Shown in pieces: positions 8,421-16,038 of a stretch of DNA of 64,000 nucleotides (position 1 is the first letter of the stretch; each line of letters opens with the position of its first letter). Where the stretch lies: positions 152,706,001 to 152,770,000 of the forward strand of contig CM097884.1 of NCBI GenBank assembly GCA_044892505.1, in the 5' to 3' direction. Under the pieces are notes generated by a model. It worked only from the letters and a program-made list of their open reading frames with translations, was not told the DNA's origin and searched no databases. Made by a program: the position numbers and the translations under genes. Source of the stretch: Schmidtea nova (Eukaryota).

Positions 8421-11400
8421 GGACGAAAACAAAATTTTAATTGAAGCGGTGGAAGAGATTGAAGATTTTTGGAACGTAGGATTTTATCAAACTGGAGGAA
8501 GTGTTATAGAACCTCTCCCAGTCATTGAAAGCGATTTAAATGGATCGCATAGGATTTTAAAAATTAATACTAGTGATTTAAATATAAATCAAATTATTTT
8601 TCCTCAATCGTTAATTAATAAATTAATAGAAATAATTAACGAAATAGGCTATGTGAAGATACAATTTGGTATCTGTGTTGAGTTTGAAAAAGATGGAGAA
8701 ATTAAAAGAAACAATATTTCCAATAGTGCAAAACCTCTGACACAGACATTTTTTGAAGAGGGAATTAAAAAATTAAATGAAAAGATTTCATCAATTACAG
8801 AATTAGGAAGTAGTTGGATTTTAAAAAGAATAACTGAAATTAGTTTTATTGTAACAAAAATTTCAAATATAAGCAGATTAGCTGGTAGAAGCTATATAAG
8901 AACACCTAAAGAATTAGCTAGAAAAAATTGTATAGTCAATGTACACAATAAAGACAATTTATGCTTTATTTACAGCATTTTGGCAATACTAAAATATGAA
9001 ACATTAAATAATCATAGAGAAAGAGTTTCGAACTATACTGAGTTTTTGACGGGCTTCGATTATGAAATATCTGAAATGCCAATGAAATTAAATAATATTA
9101 GGAAATTTGAATCAAAGAATCCTGGATTAATTATTAACGTATTGACATATAATCCATCAGCCTCATTAAATGATAATTATATTTTAAAACATCCACATTT
9201 GGATATTATTCACAGATCTAAAATGAAAAACGGCAAAATTATAAATTTATTATTATTAAATGAAGGTGGGAAATATCACTATGCAGCTATAACAAATCTA
9301 AAGAGATTAATGAACTGTAATCAATACTCCGATAAAAATTTTAGAATAAGAAGCGAATGGTGCAGTAGATGTTTGAATGGTTTCCCAAATAAATTATCAT
9401 TGGAAAAACATGAAAATCTTTGTAGAAAAAATCAACTAGGAACTACATTATATCCTTTCCCAGAAAATAAAATGTTAAAATTTACAGATTGGTCAAAAAC
9501 TGTTACCCCACCATTTGTAATTTATGCAGATTTTGAATCCATTTTACCAAAGGATGATGTATATTATCAGAAACACTTACCTATTTCTGCGGGGCTTTTG
9601 TTAATAAATAACTTTGATGGGACAAAATCTTATCAACAATTTATTGGATTAAATTGTGTAGAAGATTTTTTAAAAGCGGTTGAAGAAATAGCTTTATTTA
9701 AAGTTCTTCCATATTACAATAAAAATGGTAATAAAAAAATGAATAGATTGACTGAAATTGAAGAGGATCAATTTAAAAATGAAACCACTTGTTACCTTTG
9801 TATGAAAAATATCGTAGATCCTGTAAGAGACCACGACCATTTCACTGGGAAATATTTAGGTGCGGCATGTCAAACATGTAACATTAATAGAAAAATAAAC
9901 AAAACTTTACCAATAGTTTTTCATAATTTGAAAGGATACGATTTGCACCATATTCTTAAATATGGAATAAATAAATTTAAAAATTGGTCATTGAGTTGTA
10001 TACCAATTACATCTGAAAAATTTATATCACTTATAGTTCATGTTGACAAAATTAGTTTAAGATTTATTGATTCTTACCAGTTTGTGAATGATTCTTTGGC
10101 CAAGGCAGTAAAAACTTTGAATTCTTTACCATTGACAAATTCAGTTTTTGATGGAACTATAGTTTCTGAAAAGGGTATATTTCCATATAGCTTTGCAACA
10201 AGCTTAGAAGTTCTTGAAAACACTTATGAATTGCCACCTATTTGGGAAGGTGTTCCAGACGATGAGTATCTTAAGGCTCAACTTATTTGGACTGAAACAA
10301 AATGTGTTAATCTTTTAGACTATATGTCGATTTACTATAAAACTTGACTGCTTTCTTTTGGCAGATTTCTTTCAACAATTTCGTTTGAAATCTTTAGCTC
10401 ATAATAAATTAGAACCATTAAATTACTTCGGTATTCCTGGAATGTCTTGGTCGTCTTCTTTAATGTCTTTAGATGAACCAAAAGAATTAATTACTGAAAA
10501 TGAAATGTTTAGCTTTTATGAGGGTGGAATTCGAGGAGGGTTGACTTTTGTAAATAAACATTTTGTAAAAACTGATGAAAACACCGATTTATTATATATT
10601 GATATTAATAATCTTTACGGATGGGCGTTGAGCCAAGCTTTACCGTGTGGTGAATTTAGTTGGGTGTCAGATAATTTAGATAAAATTTTACTTGATTGCG
10701 TTAATCTTGATCTTGAATCTTTGTCTTATGGTTACACTTTAGAGGTAGATTTGGAAATACCTACTGAAATCCACGACACTTTAGATGATTTCCCAGTTGC
10801 AGCTGAGAAAATGAAACCTAGAGGATCTAAAGTAGAAAAATTATTACTGACACATTACCCTAAAAAGAACTATGTAATTCATAGGCGTTTATTAAAATTA
10901 TATTTATCACTTGGAGTGAAAGTCACCAAAATAAATAGAGCTGTAAAATTTAAGCAAACACATATTTTCAAAAAATATATAGATACGAATACTGAATTAC
11001 GGGCAAAAAGTATCAATACATTAGATAAAAACTATTATAAATTATTGAATAATAGTTTGTATGGCAAAACAGTGGAAAATCTTAAAAAGAGAATGCATAT
11101 AAGATTATGTTCAACTGAGAAAAAATTTGTAACTTATTCATCTAAACCTACTTTTAAAAAATCAATTAAAATTGATGACGATTTAGTGGCCGCATTATTA
11201 AATCCTGATTCAATATGTTTAGATAGACCAAGTTACATTGGACAATCTGTGCTTGATTTATCAAAACTTAGAATGTATGAATTACAATATATTGATTTAC
11301 AAAAATATCGTGACAAATATAGTTGTCAAATAAATATTGTAGCTGGCGATACAGATTCGTTTTTTCTGGAAATTAAAAATTAAAAATTAGAAATATTATT

Positions 11401-11871
11401 AAATGATATGAAAAATGATAACTTGTTAGATACGTCAAATTATCCTATTGATCATCCATTATATTCAAAGAAATTAGACTCAGTAATAGGTAAATTCAAA
11501 GATGAAAGTAAGGGTGAAGGATATGATGAGTGGGTTTTCCTTAGACCTAAATGTTACAGCTTGTTGGGTAAAACTAATACTACAAAAGCTAAGGGAGCAA
11601 CATTAAAAAATACAAAGCTTACACATGAATCTTACCGTGATTGTTATTTAAATAACACCATATTTAATGTACCTCAATTTAGAATTGGTACAAAAAATCA
11701 TCAATTATATAGTTTTAAATATTCAAAAATAGCTCTAACTAATAAAGATGATAAAAGGGTTTGGTTGGGAAAAAATAATAGTTGTGCATACGGTCATTAT
11801 AAAGATACTAATATTAATATTAATTTCGAAATATCCAATATCAATTCTGAAAGTAATTTACCAGAAGAGAT

Positions 11872-11931
11872 TGAAGAAGATTTTGAAGAAGATTTTGAAG
11901 ATGATTTTGAAGAAGATTTTGAAGAAGATTA
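11872..11931 (+). repeat. 12-bp coding repeat (GAAGAAGATTTT)n, acidic EEDF tail of pPolB
   Basis: Read directly. Confidence 0.85.
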
Positions 11932-12149
11932 TTTATCTGAATAAATTTGAAATTTGATTTGTATTGTTTTAATTTTTATTTGTTAAAAAATTTTATTTGA
12001 TGATTAATTTGGTAAAAATATTTATTTGTTAAGACTTTTAGTGGTTTGAAAATTTCATTTTGTGTAAAAATTTTAATTTTATATTTAAAAATTTACCAAT
12101 TCTGAGTTTTCCAAAATATTTCACGCTTATTTTTAAAATATTTTCATAT

Positions 12150-12800
12150 TATGTCATTTCAACTCTCAGTTTGCCTTAATTTTACCCTTTTTTTATAAAA
12201 TTTAAATATTGCATCATTAAACTCTGATTTTGCTTTAATTTTACCCTTTTTATTTAATTTTAAAAATTATGTCATTACAACTCTGACGTTGCTTTAATTT
12301 TACCCTTTTTCATTAAGTTTTAAAAATTATGTCAGTCTTTTGTTTTTTGTAAAAATCTTCATGTTTTATTGCCTATTAAATTTAACCATTTAAATCTATT
12401 TATCATCTTTTCTAAATTAACACGTGTTTTTTTATTTATCATAAAAATTTCAATATAAAAAGTTTATTGAATTTAGTTTAAGATTTTATAAAAATTGTAT
12501 AAAAAATTTTATTCTAAAAATTTTTTACTTTGAAAAATTTACTTTAAAAATTTTACTTTAAAAATTTTAATTTACCAACTCAGAGATTGCCCGAAAAATT
12601 TTACCCTTTTTATTTAATTTTAAAAATTATGTCATTTCAACTCTGACTTTGCTTTAATTTTACCCTTTTTATTTAATTTTAAAAATTATGTCATTTCAAC
12701 TCTGACTTTGCTTTAATTTTACCCTTTTTCATTATGTTTTAAAAATTATGTCATTCTTTTGTTTTTGTAAAATTCTCCATGTTTTATTGCATATTTAATT
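12150..12800. repeat. ~59-bp AT-rich minisatellite in two clusters (~12150-12335 and ~12595-12755)
   Basis: Unit TTACCCTTTTTATTTAATTTTAAAAATTATGTCATTTCAACTCTGACTTTGCTTTAATT starts at 12241, 12300, 12601, 12660 and 12719, with matching tails after 12300 and 12719. Confidence 0.9.
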
Positions 12801-12843
12801 TAATCACGTGTTTAATACCCTTTTCTTAAATCTTTATTTAAAA

Positions 12844-13144
12844 TTTCTATTCAAAATTACCAGAGTCCCTTTTTGCCCCAGAAATTGTGGGAATTGAAAA
12901 TACTATTGAAAATAATTTCAATCTATTTTACTAGTTTAAAAATTTTACACGTGTTTTTATTTACCATAAAAAATTTAGTTCAAAATTACCAGAGTCTATA
13001 TTTGCCTGAAGAAAAATCTGGGAATTGAAAATCCTATTCAAAATTAATTTCAATGTATTTTACTAGTTTAAAAATTTTACACGTGTTTTTATTTACCATA
13101 AAAAATTTAGTTCAAAATTACCAGAATAATAACCAGAATAACCA
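12844..13144. repeat. ~130-bp imperfect tandem repeat directly left of the array
   Basis: CTATT(G/C)AAAAT...TTTTACTAGTTTAAAAATTTTACACGTGTTTTTATTTACCATAAAAAATTTAGTTCAAAATTACCAGA at ~12903-12993 and ~13034-13125. Confidence 0.9.
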
Positions 13145-13391
13145 GAAGTCGGCAAATTAGATCCGTACCTTCGGTAAAAGGATTGGCCTAAGGACCGGGT
13201 ATGATGGGCTTAGTTAAGAAGTCAGTTGGTATAGAATTGAGCTGTTTTGATGCTGTTTTGAGGCAACTTGAAATGGTGTTGAGATGGTACTTTTTTAACT
13301 GGTTGATGGGCGAATTTTGCTTTGGTTGTTGGTCTTCGGATTGATGATCGTCGTTGTACACTAAACGGTCAACTTAGAACTGGCACGGACT
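13145..13391 (+). pseudogene. Module A (unit 1): near-canonical 28S/LSU rRNA fragment H61-H63 with expansion segment ES27 (D8); present in every unit
   Basis: Matches conserved eukaryotic LSU GAAGTCGGCAAATTAGATCCGTAACTTCGGGAAAAGGATTGGCTCTAAGG and CAACTTAGAACTGGCACGGAC. ES27 has a 13-bp GCAA hairpin (13250-13279) and a UUCG hairpin (13327-13346). Long units extend the match upstream to AATGTAGGTAAGG. Confidence 0.93.
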
Positions 13392-14270
13392 AATTCGATC
13401 TGGACCTCAAATAAAATTATTGGCTCTAGAGACGCGGCGATGTGAATCTACAGGTTTAACGGATCTGTAAGGACCCTATGCGTCAATCTAGAAGTGGTTC
13501 GGATTAGTTAATTTGATTGTATAGTAAAACTGCAAGGGACCTAGTGAGCCTGAGTGGTTAGAGCTATAATATCCCTTTTAATGTCTTATGCGTCTCCTCG
13601 GAGGCTATCTTCTCATGGGACTCCGGATATTATAGTATGTTCTTTGGCTACGGGAATTAGCTTGAGAACAGCAATCAGATTTTTGCCAAAATGTGTCTAC
13701 TAATGTATCCGACATCTGCCGACGTCAAAGTTGGCCGGATATTTGCAGTGATACCGCTCTTGGCACCTTTAAGTACGGTATAGTACTGTTAGTGCACGAA
13801 GAGAAATCGCAATTACGGGCCTCCACGGGGTGCTTCCTGGTAACCATATTGTGTATGGGACAGAAGACGTATGCGGTGGTGTATTAGTTTAGGTTGAAAG
13901 GTCTAAAGGGAAACCTTACAAGATTGGACAATTTGAATTAATGCATTTCAGGTGGGTCAACGTGCTCACCGAGATGGATATCGACAGTCTTGTTGATAGT
14001 ATCCATGCACGGGGAGAGGTCGTAACCATTCCTAGGCTCCTAGATGGTACCGAAGGGGGTGGGTTGGCTTCTTCCAACTTTTTGGGTGTGAGACACTTGG
14101 TGGTCCTTCGGGGCTGCCCTTTTTATGTGTATCACTATGAGTAAAAGTGTGCAAGGCTGAACTGAGTGTACATAGTACGGAGAAAAACCGGGTGTACATT
14201 TGGGTTAAACTCTGATAAGGGAGGATCCCTGCCAATCCTAGGTGGTAAAACGGGTGAAGCATCCAATTCA
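13392..14270 (+). ncRNA. Module B (unit 1): highly diverged, hairpin-rich second copy of LSU domain IV-V (putative structured RNA)
   Basis: 13392-13433 is 31/42 identical to the H62 block of module A. 13489-13530 aligns to TAGAACTGGCACGGAC-AGGGGAATCCGACTGTTTAATTAAAAC (~30/44). Weaker colinear matches follow at H66-H67, H70-H71 and the start of domain V. Many G-U-rich stems with UUCG or GAAA loops. Transcription is not shown. Confidence 0.6.
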
Positions 14271-14302
14271 ACTTCGTACTTATAAGGACGATCTGAAACG
14301 GA

Positions 14303-14387
14303 GCCTGCGCTTTAATCAGGAAAATAAAACTCCAGGTTAATAGCTCGTTTTACTTTATCATATGAGTTTCTCTAGCCATATGCCTCG
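14303..14387 (+). pseudogene. Module C (unit 1): remnant of LSU H68-H71 including the R2/I-PpoI target region, lacking the AAGG junction
   Basis: TAGCCATATGCCTCG (14373-14387) is 14/15 identical to canonical TAGCCAAATGCCTCG, preceded by ATGAGTTTCTC versus canonical ATGACTCTCTT; upstream GCCTG(C/T)GCTTTAATC and CAGGTTAATAGC are colinear matches. Confidence 0.7.
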
Positions 14388-15718
14388 ACTGACAAAAATG
14401 ATTCTATACAAAAGATTGACAAAAAATTTTTCTATACAAAAGACCGACATAAAATTCTCTATTCAAAATAACCAGAAGTCGGCAAATTAGATCCGTACCT
14501 TCGGTAAAAGGATTGGCTCTAAGGACCGGGTATGATGGGCTTAATTAAGAAGTCAGTTGGTATAGAATTGAGCTGTTTTGATGCTGTTTTGAGGCAACTT
14601 GAAATGGTGTTGAGATGGTACTTTTTTAACTGGTTGATGGGCGAATTTTGCTTTGGTTGTTGGTCTTCGGATTGATGATCGTCGTTGTACACTAAACGGT
14701 CAACTTAGAACTGGCACGGACTAATTCGATCTGGACCTCAAATAAAATTATTGGCTCTAGAGACGCGGCGATGTGAATCTACAGGTTTAACGGATCTGTA
14801 AGGACCCTATGCGTCAATCTAGAAGTGGTTCGGATTAGTTAATTTGATTGTATAGTAAAACTGCAAGGGACCTAGTGAGCCTGAGTGGTTAGAGCTATAA
14901 TATCCCTTTTAATGTCTTATGCGTCTCCTCGGAGGCTATCTTCTCATGGGACTCCGGATATTATAGTATGTTCTTTGGCTACGGGAATTAGCTTGAGAAC
15001 AGCAATCAGATTTTTGCCAAAATGTGTCTACTAATGTATCCGACATCTGCCGACGTCAAAGTTGGCCGGATATTTGCAGTGATACCGCTCTTGGCACCTT
15101 TAAGTACGGTATAGTACTGTTAGTGCACGAAGAGAAATCGCAATTACGGGCCTCCACGAGGTGCTTCCTGGTAACCATATTGTGTATGGGACAGAAGACG
15201 TATGCGGTGGTGTATTAGTTTAGGTTGAAAGGTCTAAAGGGAAACCTTACAAGATTGGACAATTTGAATTAATGCATTTCAGGTGGGTCAACGTGCTCAC
15301 CGAGATGGATATCGACAGTCTTGTTGATAGTATCCATGCACGGGGAGAGGTCGTAACCATTCCTAGGCTCCTAGATGGTACCGCAGGGGGTGGGTTGGCT
15401 TCTTCCAACTTTTCGGATGTGAGACACCTGGTGGTCCTTCGGGGCTGCCCTTTTATGTGTATCACTATGAGTAAAAGTGTGCAAGGCTGAACTGAGTGTA
15501 CATAGTACGGAGAAAAACCGGGTGTACATTTGGGTTAAACTCTGATAAGGGAGGATCCCTGCCAATCCTGGGTGGGAAAAACGGGTGAAGCATCCAATTC
15601 AACTTCGTACCTATAAGGACGATCTGAAACGGAGCCTGCGCTTTAATCAGGAAAATAAAACTCCAGGTTAATAGCTCGTTTTACTTTATCATATGAGTTT
15701 CTCTAGCCATATGCCTCG

Positions 15719-16038
15719 ACTGACAAAAATGATTCTATACAAAAGATTGACAAAAAATTTTTCTATACAAAAGACCGACATAAAATTCTCTATTCAAAAT
15801 AACCAGAACAAAAATCCTATTCAAAAATACCAGATCAAAAATCACTGTACAAAATTTCAGAGTCCCTTTTTGCCCGAGAAAAAAATCTAGGAGTAGAAAA
15901 TCCTATTCAAAAGATTGACAAAAATTTCCTATACAAAAGATCGACCCAAAAACATAGTGGCTCCCCAACCCACCTGTACAAAAGACCGACAAAATTTTCC
16001 TAATGTAGGTAAAAATGTAGGTCAAAATGTAGGTAAGG
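15719..16038 (+). repeat. Long-form AT-rich spacer (first instance) made of CTATTCAAAA / TATACAAAAGA subrepeats
   Basis: ~233 bp longer than the short spacer; ends in three 12-bp-spaced AATGTAGGT copies that lead into the 28S module. Confidence 0.9.

Larger units (their letters stand above)
8014..11944 (+). pseudogene. Protein-primed family B DNA polymerase (pPolB), disrupted by a +1 frameshift (~10344) and an in-frame TAA (11381-11383)
   Basis: Exonuclease YADFES and FHNLKGYD; RDHDH..TG..C; KGIFPY; YIDINNLYG (motif A); KLLNNSLYGK (B); AGDTDS (C); GKFKDE; LRPKCY; DDKR. ACT-T-GAC breaks YYKT-DCFLLADFF. The frame is open back to the gap, so the true start may lie upstream. Confidence 0.92.
1..13144 (+). 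mobile_element. Polinton/Maverick (adintovirus-like) endogenous element; left end outside the window, right end not defined
   Basis: Compact, partly overlapping cluster with the full Polinton set: ATPase, RVE integrase, minor and major capsid proteins, adenain protease, pPolB. No terminal (AGT)n/(ACT)n repeat, TIR partner or TSD is visible. Whether the AT-rich repeats at 11950-13144 belong to the element is inferred only. Confidence 0.93.

Noticed and set aside
837-8432. Shadow ORFs 837-1088(-), 1192-1434(-), 1196-1423(+), 1966-2253(-), 4435-4626(-), 6938-7177(+), 8139-8432(-), and ORFs spanning the N gap
   Set aside because: They are antisense or off-frame to well-supported genes, low complexity, or artefacts of translating Ns.
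7350-11383. Non-standard genetic code (TAA/TAG read-through) to explain in-frame stops
   Set aside because: Intact genes end in TAA or TGA at the expected positions; the stops are better explained by mutation or splicing.
13544-13564. tRNA A-box-like GTGAGCCTGAGTGGTTAGAGC (possible SINE head)
   Set aside because: No B box at a suitable distance and no cloverleaf; it folds as a local hairpin.
13865-13890. Group II intron domain V-like hairpin (AGACGTATGCGGTG...)
   Set aside because: No AGC/CGC triad or GNRA loop, wrong helix geometry, and no domain VI.
14212-14300. Hammerhead ribozyme (CTGATAAG ... GAAAC)
   Set aside because: The core deviates from CUGANGA and stems I-III cannot be built around the GAAA.
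14325-14376. Helitron-like 3' end (hairpin plus CTAG)
   Set aside because: The hairpin is weak and AT-rich, and the CTAG lies inside the rRNA-homologous segment.
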